Of a DNA stretch of 64,000 nt, positions 50,350 through 63,703 are shown piece by piece. Every line of letters starts with the position of its first letter. The first letter of the stretch is position 1. The notes beneath the pieces were generated by a model, which worked only from the letters and a program-made list of their open reading frames with translations, was not told where the DNA came from and did not search any database. A program made the position numbers and the translations under genes. Source of the stretch: Lepidodermella squamata (lineage: Eukaryota; Animalia; Gastrotricha); NCBI GenBank assembly GCA_047495785.1, contig JBLDXI010000007.1:1798001-1862000 (forward strand). The letters are read 5' to 3'.

Positions 50350-51072
50350 TTAATTTGCATTTTTCGCCAAATAGTTTTCGATATCAGGTAGTTTTTCCAC
50401 TGCTCTTGTCAGATCGGCCAGTTCAGGGTAATGCTTCTCGATTTTCGCCAGAGCAGCTTCTTTCCTGAGATGAACAATAAACGTGGCGACTGCAAAATCA
50501 GCCCAAGACCACTGTTAAAGAAATATTTCTTTTGGGAGGAATGTCAAACAATTGTTAAATCTTACAGATGATCCCACCATATTTTGCCCTCCGTTTTCTT
50601 TCAGCTTTCGCTCGAGGTATCCGAGAATTCGAGGACATTCTTCGTTGACGAGCCAACGATGTAATTTTTCCTTGCGATCTGGGTCAGGTTCCAGATAGTA
50701 CAGCATATACATGTTGATGAGCTCGTTCAAACTGTCGACCACCTCGTCACACGCCGCTGATTCCAGCCAATTCGCACCGTTTAGACCAAACTGGGTCGCG
50801 AGATGTCTCGCAATCGCCAAACTTTGAGTCATTAACCGCTTAGCTCCATTCTGCTGTTTGATTTCGAGAACTGGCATCTTGCCACTTGGCATGTTCTCTC
50901 GTGCGGCAAGCCATTCTTTTTGCGTATAGGCCCTCTCGCGATATTCGGCCTTGGAGTATAGTAAAATATACCGAATCAACTCCATCCTAATAGGATTGTG
51001 AGTAGTGGTATGTAGGGTGAGCTGAAAACTCTCAGAGCCCTTGCTCTGTTTTGCTTCTTGTAAAACTTGCAT
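50350..51072 (-). CDS. Sigma GST-like protein lacking the N-terminal catalytic Tyr (GST5)
   Basis: LTLHTTTHNPIRMELIRY in place of LHYFNxRGRAE; GKMPVLEI, QSLAIARHLA and WSWAD retained; start codon uncertain. Confidence 0.8.
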
Positions 51073-51395
51073 ATTTAGTGAGAAAATTTGAATAATTTGA
51101 CCCTGTCCACAATCGGGGGAGTCTTTATAGGCTCATTTTTGGTGCCGTGCCAAGCGCGCTCCGTTCTTAATAGCCTGCCACACCGCCTGCGTGTTTTCGT
51201 GGACACTCGGTTCGCATTTTTTGTCGTAGTAATACTCCTACCACATGACTCATGCGCCCTCAGAATTGTCATCAAAAAAACCAACAAAGTTATTTTTCAT
51301 CTAAAACATTGTTTATTTGATGGTTAAGTAACAAATGAATCAGTAAAACTCGGTGCAGATCACAATTTTTGAGGGTAAGGCTTGTTTTTTTGTCA

Positions 51396-52873
51396 TCAAA
51401 ATCTGGACGAAGATTGAGCTGGTGTCGAAGACATGGATGACTGTTGCATAGCAGCCGCTGCAGCCGCGGCTTCAACAGCTTGAGCAAGCATCAATTCGCG
51501 ATTTTCATACCGCCAAAAGCCTTCAAGGTCAATAACAATTGAAAGCACAACATCACCCTGGCTGCATCTGATGAGATCATTTAGAGTGATATAATCACGA
51601 TTCGAAGGTCGGACTATGTCGAAAATTTCATGGACAACGTCTTCAAACGCTACGGCCATGCCGCTGGTTTTGCCCAGTTTTTCTTGAATGTCTTTGAAAA
51701 AGTACCACAGCGTAAATTTGCTCAAATAACCGACATGGTCGACGTCCATAACTCGGAATAAATACGCTAAGGATTGGCGTTCTTTTCTATTTTCGAGGGC
51801 GAGAACGAAATCAACAAATGCTTTGAAGTCCATTTCGCCGTTATACGTGCGACACTCCTCGAAAACGCGATTTATGAAGCTGGGTGTGAGCGTTCCACCG
51901 TTATACATCGATAATTCACTTTTCGAAAGCAACCCGTTGCCATCACGGTCTAATTTCACGAAAGTATCGTTTATTTGAAGGGCATTTTCCAACGAAAACC
52001 AATTGGATTCAATTTGCTCCGGGCTTAAATCGTCACTTCGAAGCTGAATAAAAATAATAAATTGAATATTTCACGACTAAATGAAGCCGATTATGAGTTA
52101 CCTCCAACAAATCGTCAAGAAACCCTGAACCAATCACGTCAACAATTCGGACTCTTTTCGCCCGTTTCGTATCAAGGAAAAAGAAGAATTTCCGAACGGC
52201 TAAACACACGTAGTATGACTCGAAGTCCGAGTCCATTTGGCTCAGTTGAGGAATTGTTGGAATCAGGTCGATGATGTAGCTTTGCATCTCCTTTGTAAAA
52301 TATCAATAAAAATCCAGGGTGCTTGCAGATTTCGAGCTTACCGGTTCTCTCAAGTAACCCTGGCCATTCAAATCGTAAAGCGATAGACCCATCCTCGTTT
52401 GAACGACCCAATTCTTGCGCATAACCTGCCCAAGAATTATGAGATATTCGAGTATTCAATATATGAAACTTACATAATTGAAAAAATCAGTGATACACAC
52501 ACGTCCCGCAGGGTCTCGCTTGTGGATGAGCTTCATGTAGACCAAAGGGGTTGTAAAAGGTCTGCAATGAGATGCAAATTTTATGCTAAATTTTATGCTA
52601 AATTGAATTTTTTTACTTGAATTTTTCGCTCAGGCGGGGTTGAATTTTCATGAAGCTGTTGTAGTCGATCATCTGCTCGCCATTGAGCGCCGGGGGTGGA
52701 GTTGACATCTCTTCCAGAACAAACCACAAGTTGCGAAGTTCTTCCTCAGTCAAGGTTTCCTTTGCCTGTCGGTGTAGAAAGTGGCCGCGAGCTTCTTCGC
52801 GTAGCTTTTGCTGAATCAAGTCTTTTGGGACTGGAAGGGCTTTGTAAAGACATGGCAGTTTTTCACTTGTCAT
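51396..52873 (-). CDS. PPP2R3C: PP2A regulatory subunit B'' gamma (EF-hand), multi-exon; an upstream exon is possible
   Basis: QKLREEAR, EELRNLWF, YVCLAVRKFFFFLD, FLDDLLE, DFVLALENRKE and FWRYENRE match the PPP2R3C/G5PR family. Confidence 0.9.
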
Positions 52874-53278
52874 ATTGTACAAACTTCGGTAAACTTGGTT
52901 AATTAAAATATCACTAAAATGTAGAAAATGAAAGCTACAAATTGATGCAAACAGGAATACAACGGGATGAAACCTCACAACCAATGGCTTCGAAACCTAG
53001 GATCATTGAATTATCCGTCTAAGCTAGAAGCATCATAACAACGCATACCTGGCTATCAAACAATTCCTTAATGGTAAATAAGAAGAAATATCAGTTTAAA
53101 CTTTGCAATCACCACCGAAGACATAGTTGTTCAGCCTTCAAATGAAATGTCACCCTTGGATTCACTATCGACAACAAGCTCGCCTTCAAAAAGTCTACTA
53201 TGCTGCTGACTCTCAGGAAAGTAGACCGTTGTTCAGCGAAACGACCTGCGCGACGCACGGCAACAGGGATCCGTTGTC

Positions 53279-53413
53279 GGAACGCCTTTTGCGTCGGAAT
53301 AATTCGGCGATTACTGTGAAAGGGAAAGCATCAAGCACAGCACGATCGCCCATTACAGTCTCAGGGCGAATGACGAGGCAGAACGGTTCGTTGAGACTTT
53401 AAAACAATTCCTG
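53279..53413 (+). pseudogene. Degenerate LTR-retrotransposon (Gypsy-like) integrase fragment
   Basis: GTPFASE*FGDYCERESIKHSTIAHYSLRANDEAERFVETLKQFL resembles the rve core GxxFxSxEF...GIxH...NGxAERxxxTLK, with an in-frame stop. Confidence 0.7.
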
Positions 53414-53764
53414 AATACCCAAGTAGCGTCATAATTCAATAAGGTGAGTAGCGGCACGCTGAAATATTATTCCATTTCTTAACACCATTTAAATGCAATG
53501 AATGAATTCAGCACAGCCATTTTGCGGCTGAAATCCAGCAGCTGGCTACCCATGAAACCCGCAAACGCTCTTACTTGTGCAGAATTGTCTCGTTAGGTGC
53601 TTTTCTTCTCTACCTCTACCAATGGCTCAAGGCATCGTTTATGATGAGGGCGAATTAACAGCCGACGCGGTTGAAATTTTAGCCCCAGCTGTGAAATCTA
53701 AACTTGAGGTCTCCGTACCAACTGTTGTCGCCAACTCTTGGCTGACCCAACTCTTGGCTGACCC

Positions 53765-54004
53765 TTGTACGAAGAAACTTATGCGTTTTACCGCCGATTT
53801 CCCGAGGTTCTGAGGGTGCATAAAATAGGTTCTACAATTCTGAAATACTGCTTGACAGATAGTTTTCCGTCCCTCCTCACGGCGTGCAGACTATTTCTTA
53901 CATTACCGGTAACTACTGCCGAAAACGAGCGCAGTTTTTCCCGTCTGAAATTGATTAAAAATTACCTTCGAACCCAACTGGGGCAACATTTCCCCAATAG
54001 GTAG
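53765..54004 (+). pseudogene. hAT transposase C-terminal dimerisation-domain remnant
   Basis: FPSLLTACRLFLTLPVTTAENERSFSRLKLIKNYLR; no upstream catalytic domain or TIRs seen. Confidence 0.8.
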
Positions 54005-54742
54005 TGACACTCTCATCTCGCATCTATCACTAGAGTCATTTTAGAATTCGATAGAACAATCCTAAGCTGATTCACAACTTAATTGAGATAATTAGACGTT
54101 GGTCGGAAGCTTTGAGCGTAGATAAAAGTTGCTTCCTAATCTATGTCCTCGATTTACCAGGGTTTATTTTCGGGCCATTTTTGGCATAAAGATTTTAGGC
54201 TAACTATTTTCATTTCCCGCGTGAATTCAAATCGGTAAATTAAGACTGTATAAATTATTACTTTTTAGCAAATATATATTTCTGAGTGATTAATTTTATT
54301 TTTAGGTGAAGGTGAACTGAATGGTAAAGGCTGATGCTGGCTCTCAGCTCGTTCCTAGTCCACCATGATCTCGAAAAAACGACGCGGCTGATGCAAACAC
54401 GGCTGAGTGGACTACAGGCCTACGTTTACCGGTACCTTCCATGCTTTGCGTGCGCAAGTGTAACATGCCTGGCAACCAAGCCAAATTTACCTGTTTCATG
54501 TCAGTTTTTTTGGCACAAGTGCGGAAATGCATACCTGTCAGGTGCATGCCGGAACCCCACATACGAATTTGTGACTTGGTCGTCTCTGTTACTCCTCACC
54601 GTAACATGCATTATGGCAGCCTTGATTTGAGATTTCTCTTCAATTCTACTATACATTTTTTATTTTCAAGAGACATGCTTCATGCTTTGTTCCGCACTCG
54701 CTGTACAATTTCTTATTCATTCTTCATGTTTAGGGTGTTATA

Positions 54743-57700
54743 ATGAAGGTAGCTTCTGGGGCTGATTCAAAAACTGCAGCCGAAGAAGCCGGAAAGAAAG
54801 CATTGGCTAAACGTGTTAAAGTTTTTCGTAATAGTGAAGGCACACTGCAGCCTAAATCCGTCTCTCGCGATAGTCGCAAGCGCCCTGCTGACTCGAATTT
54901 TTCAGATTGTGCTGCTGTTGGTGTAAGATTCATGAATCTTGGCGCTTTTAAGGTGCTCAATCATACCTTTTTTCGTTTTTAGACAAACAGCGAAAGGGGC
55001 GACTCGTCGGATAGTGTTCATTATGTCATTCCCCAGCTTCTGCCGAATCCTACGCGATTAGGTGAAATGCTGGCGATGAAAGGTATGTCAAACTATTCTA
55101 CATCGCTTTCAACATCTAGCGATTGGTTTACTTATTTTATAGCCATCGATAGTGTTCCTGCCGAGAGTTTCCTAAATTGCTTCCAGCAGATGATTGATCA
55201 GGCTAACGCTACAGCCCTCGCCTCTGATGCCGAAGCGCATAATCATGATAACTGTTTTCCCGAGGCAGCTGAAAGCGACCTCAATGCTTTGAGAACATTT
55301 CTTGAGTGCCAAGGTCCGCATGAAGAAAGCGACTCTCTCCTCGTCCTCGCAAGTTCTGCAGGTTGTTATGAGCTTGTTCATGTAAGCGTTTAGTCACCAA
55401 TGATGAATCGAAGCAGTCATCATTTTTTCATTTTCAGGTATTACTTGACATGAGGCAACCTGTGGATGACCGAGGAGCCAAAGGTGACCTTACTCCTCTA
55501 ATGGCTGCCGCTAGTGGTGGCCATGAAGAAATCGTTCGCCTTCTACTTCAGCACCTCGCAAATCCGAATCTTCAAACTCTAAATGGTGATACCGCGCTTC
55601 ACATAGCGGCTAAAGCGGGTCATGAGGGCATTGTGAAGGCTCTTATCGAAGCTGGTGCCGATTTAGAGAAGCAGAATGAAAGCGGCCACACTCCATTGAT
55701 GGATGCTGCGGGCGCTGGTCATTTATCGCTATGCCGAGCGCTTGTGGAAGCCGGAGCGGGCGTCAACGCTCATTCCGACGACTACAAAGAAAGTGCCCTC
55801 ACCCTCGCGGCCTACAAAGGCCACATCGAAGTTGTGCGGTATCTTTTAGACGTTGGCGGTGCCGACCCTGAGCATCGAGCCGAAGAATTGCATACGGCTC
55901 TGATGGAAGCTTCCATGGACGGCCACACCGACGTGGCGCGGCTTCTAATCGATCGAGGTGCGCAAGTCAACATGCCGCCTGATAGCTTCGAATCGCCTTT
56001 AACCCTCGCTGCCTGTGGTGCCCACATCGAACTAGCCAAACTGCTCCTCGAGCGCAACGCAAATGTCGACGAAGCTAACGACGAAGGTTACATGCCTTTG
56101 ATGGAAGCGGCTCGAGAGGGCCATGTCGATATGGTTAAGCTGTTACTTGAGCATGGCGCGAATGTCAACGCGCAAGCTGAGGAGACGCAAGAAACCGCCT
56201 TAACACTCGCATGCGGCTCCGGTTATCTCGACGTTGTTGAAACGTTGATTGAAGCCGGCGCTAATATCGAACTAGGCCCGTCGACCCCGCTCATGGAAGC
56301 GAGTCAAGAGGGTCATGAAGAAATCGTGAGGTATCTTCTGAAAATGAAGGCAAATGTCAACGCCAAGTCGGTGAACAACGATACGGCCTTCACGATGGCG
56401 TGCGAGAATGGCCATACTAGCGTTGCGGAGTTATTATTGGCGCATGGTGCTGAGATCGAGCACGAATCCGAGGGCGGCCGGACTCCGTTGATGAAGGCTG
56501 CTCGAGCGGGACATGTGCAAACCGTGCGTATGTTGATTGCTAAGGGGGCTTCCGTGAACCGGACTACATCAAACGGTGAACATAACGTCCTTTCAATCGC
56601 GTGTTATGGCGGTCATTACGAGGTGGTGAAGACTCTTTTGAGCCACGGAGCGGACCCAACTTTCAAGCTGAAGGACGGTTCGACGATGATAATCGAGGCG
56701 GCTAAGGGTGGTCATATGAAGATTGTTGAGTTGCTTTACAGCTACCCGGAGGGGATGGCTGGCTTAGCGGCCCAGCAACAGTTGCAACAACAACAAGAGG
56801 GTATTGAAACACCTTTCGTGCCAACTCTACCACCGCCTCCGTTGCCTCCCATGCCAGCGCCTTCGGTTGATCAAAAGAAGCAAACCGCGAAAAGAACTGG
56901 CGGTGCGCCGCAACCGAATAAGACCTCGACATCGACCCCGCCTCCTGCGCCTCCACCTCCGCCTGTACCGCCTCAACTTCCCATCGTGCCTCTATCGTCT
57001 GCCGTCGACCCGGCAATGTGGGGTGCCTTGCGGTTGGACCTGGCGCAGCCTGGTGGTGAAACCGTGCCTATTTCGTTGGAAAACGTCGTTACTCCGATCG
57101 ACCCGGCGCAGCAGCAACAACTCGCTGCCATCGTATCGTACCCCGGCGGTGCCAACGCGGCGGCAACCCAGGCCGTCATTATGCCTATCGCAACGACTAC
57201 CACCTTCCAATTGCAATTTAGCTCCACGCAAGCGACGGCGGGTGGCGAAACCGTGGGAGTCGTCCCACCGCCGCAACTCTTCCTGTCGCCTCCACCCGGC
57301 GCTGATTCGTCCTCGCAAGGCGGCGACTCGGACAGCTCGAGCCGGAAAGGCTCAATTTCCGACGAAGACCTCAAAAAACAGCATCCTTTCTATTCTCAGG
57401 TAAGATTTTAAATTTTGACCCAATTATTTAAGACATGGATACTGAAATAATCGTATTACAGTAAACAATTTATTTACGCTTTGTGCAACGGCGCCATAGT
57501 TGGCCGAAATTTTGAAGACGCTCTTTTATTTGAGTCTTAAATGATATTTGCTCTGAGCAAAACCAGGAAAAATGAAAAGATGTTAAAATGTCTTAAAATT
57601 ATTAAGCTGGGTGTTATAATATATTTTTCTGAATTTTAACAGGGATTGCTACTGACGACCTCTGGCGGTAATTCGACGGTGGTCGAATCGAACCAGCCCC

Positions 57701-60700
57701 TCTACATCGGCGTGACGCACACCGGGCAGCATTTGCTGATCGGTTCGCAGAACAACCAGCAAGTCGTCCTCGGCATCGTGGGAAATCCGCCCACGGGCGT
57801 GCCACCCGGCACTACACCCACCACCGCGACTCTGATACCGGCCACATCGTTACCAAGTGGAGCCCTTCAAGCCCCGCTTCCGGTCGCTATCCAACCGCCG
57901 CCGGTAGTACCGGCAATCGCCGCTCCACCACCTACCCCGCCTGCCTCGAGCACTCAGGTGACACATACCATCAATGTCACTACAACGAGTGTCAGTGTCA
58001 GTGCAACCTCGACTTCGTCTACCACCACCACCTCGACGTCAAATTCGTCCGAGTCGTCGGTAACATCGGCGAGTTCTAGCACCGCAAGCAACAGCAAACC
58101 GGCCAAATCAGCGAAATCGTCTTCGTCACAGCAGCAGCTGCAACCTCAAACCTCGTCGCACGCCGGCTGTCCCCGGCACCCGCACGCAAATCTCGCCGAT
58201 TTGCCTTCGATCCTCGAAAAGTACTTCAAATCCGAGCAGAACCCGGAATTACTGTCGAAATTCATCGAAGAAGCGGCGCAATGCCCGGAGGGTCGCGTGT
58301 TGAAAGAGCGAATGGCTGCGTTGTTGCGGCGGCCGAAAGCGTCGTCCACCACCCAACCTCCGCAAACTCTACCGAATAACGACCAAACGTCAGATATCGA
58401 CGCGGTCGCCCTCGCCTCGCCTAATGTCGCCCTACCGCCGGAACAGCCGAATAACACCAGGGTTGCTTCGCCGGCCGCTGCTGCCGCCGTTGCAGCCGCA
58501 GCCGCCGCAGCTGCTGCCCAGACCCTGCAAGCCTGCCCGCCCCCGCTAATCGACCTGAATGCGCAGACTGAGTCGAATCACGACACCGCCCTAACCCTGG
58601 CATGCGCTGGTGGTTACGTGGATCTGGTCAAATACCTGATCGACAATGGTGCCGATATCGAACATCGCGATAAAAAAGGCTTCACTCCGTTAATTCTCGC
58701 GGCTATGGCTGGTCATACGAACGTGTGTAAACTTCTTCTCGACCACGGCGCCAAAATCGAAGCCGAGGCTGAGCGGACGAAAGACACAGCTCTATCCCTC
58801 GCCTGCTCAGGCGGCCGCTTCGAGGTTGTTCAACTCCTCCTCGAATACGGCGCGAATAAAGAGCATCGCAACGTCTCCGACTACACGCCGTTGAGTTTGG
58901 CAGCTTCGGGCGGCTTTTGCCAGATTATCAAGCTGCTGCTGGACCACGGCGCTGAAATCAACTCGCGAACGGGTAGCAAACTCGGCATTTCGCCCCTTAT
59001 GTTGGCGTCGATGAACGGCCACACTGCAGCCGTTAAAATGCTACTCGAAAATCGTTGTGACGTGAACGCGCAAATCGAAACCAACCGCAACACAGCCTTA
59101 ACTCTTGCTTGCTTCCAGGTAAATAAAAAATCCTCCTTAAAAATATTATTTTCAATATTTTGTAATTTAGGGCCGTCATGAAGTCGTTCAATTGCTCCTT
59201 GAGCATGGCGCTAACATCGAACATCGTGCCAAGACCGGCCTCACCCCTCTCATGGAAGCCGCTTCTGGCGGTTATGTCGAGGTCGGAAAAATCTTGATCG
59301 CTCACGACGCTGAGGTGAACGCTCAGCCTGTCCCGTTGTCGCGCGATACGACTCTCAACATCGCTGCGGATAAAGGCCACGCGCTATTCGTCCAGCTGCT
59401 GCTCGAACACGGCACGCTGGTTGATGTGAAGAACAAGAAGGGATGTTCGCCTCTGTGGTTGGCTTGCAACGGCGGCCATCTCGACGTTGTGAAACTGCTC
59501 GTGGCGGCTGATGCCGATGTGAATTCTGATGACAATCGCAAGATTTCATGCCTGATGGCCGCGTTCAGGCGAGGCCACGTCAAGGTCGTGAATTACCTCG
59601 TCAACTACGTCAAACAGTTCCCGTCGGACCAGGAGTGTGAGCGTTATATGACCACGTTGACTGACCAGGAACTCCTCAACAACTGCCGCAAGTGCCTTGA
59701 AATTATCGGCCAGGCTAAGGAGCAGCAGGCGCTTGAAGCGTCACGAAATGCGAAACAGCTGCTTGAAATTATTGAAATTGAGAAAAAGCGCGAGGAAGCG
59801 AAACAGGCGAAGAAACGCGAGAAGCGTAAGCGGAAAAAGGATAAGCAAAAGGGCCCGGCCAAGGCGGTCGCTGCCACGTCGCAAAAGACAGGCCGCGACA
59901 CCCCCGACACTCAGTCCTACAGCGAAGATGATCGATCGCCTGAGAGGTCGACTCAGTCGACGAAAGAGGTCCAGCAGAAGTTGCGGGAGCTTGAAATTAC
60001 GGCGAAGAACAATGCCGCGAAGCAACGGGCTTCGTCCGAGTCGAGTGAGGCGTCGAGTCTAGCCGATGACGACCAGCCCGAGGTGGCTGCGCCCGTTCAA
60101 GTCGCTACCACAAGCCGAGTTCCGCCTCAAAACAGCCACCAATCCAGGGGCCAGGCATCGAATCGCGTTCCTGTCCAGGAGATTGAGCTAGTCGAGGAAG
60201 TTCTGATCGAAGAAGCGCCGGCTAATGGCAAAACTTCGAAGCAGCAGGCGAAAAAGGGCGGAAAACAGGTTAGTAACGCAAATTTAATTTTAAGCTGGAT
60301 TTTTATTTTTAAGTTTTTTCAGAAGCAGCAACAACCGGCGAAACAACCTCAGAAGGAGATGGCTAAACGGTCCTCGCCACCTCCGCCTCAACAATCCAAC
60401 AACTTCCCACCTCCTCTTCTGCAGCCGAAATCGGGTCAAAACGAATCGCGGTCGTCTGCATCGGCGACTTCGACCCGCGCGACAGTCACGACTACGTCAA
60501 CATCGTCGACCCCAACCGTTCCAGCGGTTGTCGCATCTTCCTCGTCTACCAATCAATCGGGCGTCTCAAGTCAAGTCAACTCGGCCCAGAAAACCGGGCA
60601 GGTCCAGACCAACCCGACTACTCCGAACAGCAAGCCGGTTGGCAAGGTTTTGCCGACTATTTCAGCGGCCGCTGCTGTTATTACCAGTACTACTTCGTCG

Positions 60701-63700
60701 AAGTCACCCGGCAGAACTCCGGTTAAGGACGCGACTGCTCAGCAGGAGACTGTCGGCTGGCGAGAGGTTAAACGCAGTCAAACTTCGGGTAAAGTGCCTA
60801 TCAATCCGAAAATTGTTGTGCCCGCTCATGTTGTGAGTCGACTGATCGGCCGCCAGGGTGCTAATATCAAGAAGATTCGCGACCTCTCCGGCTCGAGTGT
60901 TCAAGTCGATCGGATCAGCGATGATACGAACGACCATATCGCCACCTTGAAAGGCACACCGCAACAAATGGCGATGGCTGAGTATTTGATTCGATCGGTC
61001 ATCGAAGAGCCGGGTATTGACGTCACCGGGTTAGCTGCGAAGTATCCGGACTATTTGAAGGCGACCGGGCAGAGTGAACCTCCGGCCCAACCGCCAGCTC
61101 AGCCTGCCCCGGCAACGACTAACGCCACGGCGACGACTAACCAGACCACTCAGCAGCAACAGGGATCGAAACCGAATGCTAATTCGACGCAACAGGCGGC
61201 TCAAACGGCTTCGAATGCTAATCGACCTTTGGCCTTTGCCTCCGTTGTCTCGGGCGGGTCGTCCGGGTCTGCGGCTACCACCCCGTCGACGGCTGCACCG
61301 CATTTTGGCGATAAACCAGCTTTGGACTACGTTTCCGTCGCTTCGAAAGCGGCGAGTGGTGGCACTTCGTCTGCCACGTCGACCACAACAGCCGCGTCGA
61401 ATTCAACCGGCGGAACCGGGATTCGACCCCTGTTCCAGCAACAACAGTCTATTACTGGGTCAGGGCAGAATCAAGGGCCGAACGCTTCGATTTCTGCGAC
61501 ATCGGTCGTTTCAGTCGGATCCAGTGGGTCGAACGCGTCCCCGGGCGAGCCGCTAGTTTCGCCGAGAAATATCGATATCCCAACGAAGCAACAAGCTCAA
61601 GTTGCTGTGGTTGCGTCTAACAGCCAAAACCAGATGCAGCAACAACAGGTTTCGCCGTTGATTCAACAACAGTACGAAGCACAGCAGTCTCAGCAACAAC
61701 AGCAGCAATTACAGCAACAACTGCAGAACCAGCAAACGCTGACCCAGCAACAGCAACAAGCCGCGCAGGAGTACTCACTGTTCTCCAGCGGTCTTGCCTC
61801 GAGCGGGTTCAGTTTATTCGGCGGACCGCCGAACCTTGTCGGAACGTCCCTATTCACGTCGCAGCAACGTCAACAGCAGCAACAAGCGCAAAACCAGGCG
61901 AATGCTAGCAATGATTTCGCAACTGTGGCTGCTGGTCGTCAACAGCAGCAGGTCAATCAGTTGGCGTATGTTCTGCAGCAGCAGCAACAACAGGCGCAAA
62001 ACTCGCCGGGTAAGGCGTTGCAACCGGGAGATTACGACCAGAATTTCTCGCAGAACGGCCCGTACGACCCGCATCGCGCCGATCACGTGTCGCAACAGCA
62101 ATTGACCGAAATCGCTGCGGCGATGTTGAGTGCCTCGAACAGTATGGTGGGCAGCAATAACGGTAACGGCCATTTCAATCAACAGCCCAGGCAGCACATC
62201 AGCCCGCCTCAACCCGGGCAGAGTGCTAATTCGCTGTCGCCGGCCACCCCGCCGCCATCCGCTGCGTCTGGCTCGACGCCGTTGATTCTGCCGTCGACAC
62301 CCTCGCGAAACCAGTTGCCGCCGATGATGCCGCCGCAGTTGGCTGGTCTGCATCAAATGCAGCAGTTGGCCGCGTTTGGTTCGGCGAGCAAGCCGGTCGT
62401 CAACTCGGCGATGAGCGACGTCTCGATGGCGCTCGGTTTGCCGAAAATCGACTCGGCGCTGAATCCTGATGTGCCGGTTTTCACGCCATCGACCCGCAAT
62501 GATTCGAACTCGATGAACCAGGCTGTTGCGCCCACGAATAGCCTACCAGCTATGCTGCGCCAGCAACAACAGCAACAACAACAACAACAACAGCAGCAGC
62601 AGCAGCAACAACATCAGCAACAGCAACAGCAGCATCAACAGCAACAACTGAGCAATTTGAACATTTCTCAGGTAAAAACTCGGTTTTTCTGATATTTTAA
62701 GGTGGAATTTTTGAATATTGACATTTTTTAACGTTTTCTTTCTTCTTGTGTCTTACAGGCTGCTTTGAATCAATTGAGTCAATTGACTGGTATGGCTAAC
62801 CAGCAACGTATGATGCAGCAACAGCAACAACAACAGCAGCAGCAGGCTCCTCATCAGCAGCAACAGCCTAGCCAGCCACAACCGCCTCAAATGCCGTCCC
62901 ACTTTCAAATGCCAGCGCAATCTGCGCCCGTTCAAAACAACGATATGAACCAAAACAATCGAATTCCGCCGTGGTTTGCTCAGCAAATGGCGCCGCCGCC
63001 GACGCAGCAAATGGGCCCGTACGGCCGCGTGCCACCACCTCCGCCGCAACAGCAGCAGCCCGGTCCGAATTCAATGGACCAGTCGCACTTCGCGCAGCAA
63101 CAGCAGAACCAGTTCAACGCGGCTCGCCACTTCCAGCAACAGCAGCAACAACAGCAGCAACAACAACCGCCGCAGCCACAACGGTCTAAACTCGGCGATT
63201 TCATCGCACCAGGTGCGCCGGGCTTCATGCCTCCGTTTGGGCCTGGCATGCCGCCGCCGCCTGATTTCGCCGGGCCGGCTATGCCATCTCCAATGAAGTT
63301 CGTCGACTCAACCGCAGGATCGAATAAAATGGCGGATTTCTTCGCCATGTCGCGGGGTCGTCCGATGCCGCAAATGCCGCCGCCGCATCAAATGCCGGAA
63401 CCCGGCTACGGAATGGACCAGCAGCAGCAGGTTCCGCCGCAGCAACAGCCGCCAATGTGGTCGGGCGACGGCTCAGGGCTCGGCGGGATGCAGTCGCCCT
63501 TCGATTTGAACGCAGCTGATGCCCTCGGTCGCTATGGCATGGGCATGCCGTCCCACATGACGGGTAGGGTGCCTCAGCCTCAACAGCAAAATAATATGAT
63601 GTTCGATTTGGGCCGATCGGTCGATCAGGTATGACATTTGATCCATCAAATTGCATTATTCTTTAATTGCTGTTTTTTAATTCAGCAGTGGCAAGACAAC

Positions 63701-63703
63701 TAA
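54743..63703 (+). CDS. mask: Multiple ankyrin repeats single KH domain protein (Mask/ANKHD1/ANKRD17 orthologue), multi-exon
   Basis: Two ankyrin blocks (ESALTLAAYKGH; TESNHDTALTLACAGG; NSRTGSKLGISPLMLA), basic stretch KKREKRKRKK, KH domain SRLIGRQGANI, Q/P-rich tail; last exon ends TAA 63701-63703; 5' end uncertain. Confidence 0.92.
62561..62647 (+). repeat. Coding CAA/CAG polyglutamine tract in mask
   Basis: Run of Gln codons interrupted twice by His; further Q tracts lie between 61.6 and 63.2 kb. Confidence 0.9.

Noticed and set aside
60269-60322. Hydrophobic stretch VSNANLILSWIFIFKFFQ in the Mask ORF as a TM segment
   Set aside because: It is a 54-nt stop-free GT-AG intron read through by the ORF finder; similar read-through occurs in CYP B and GST2.
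55812-63656. Numerous overlapping ORFs within mask
   Set aside because: Shadow frames of GC-rich, low-complexity coding sequence.
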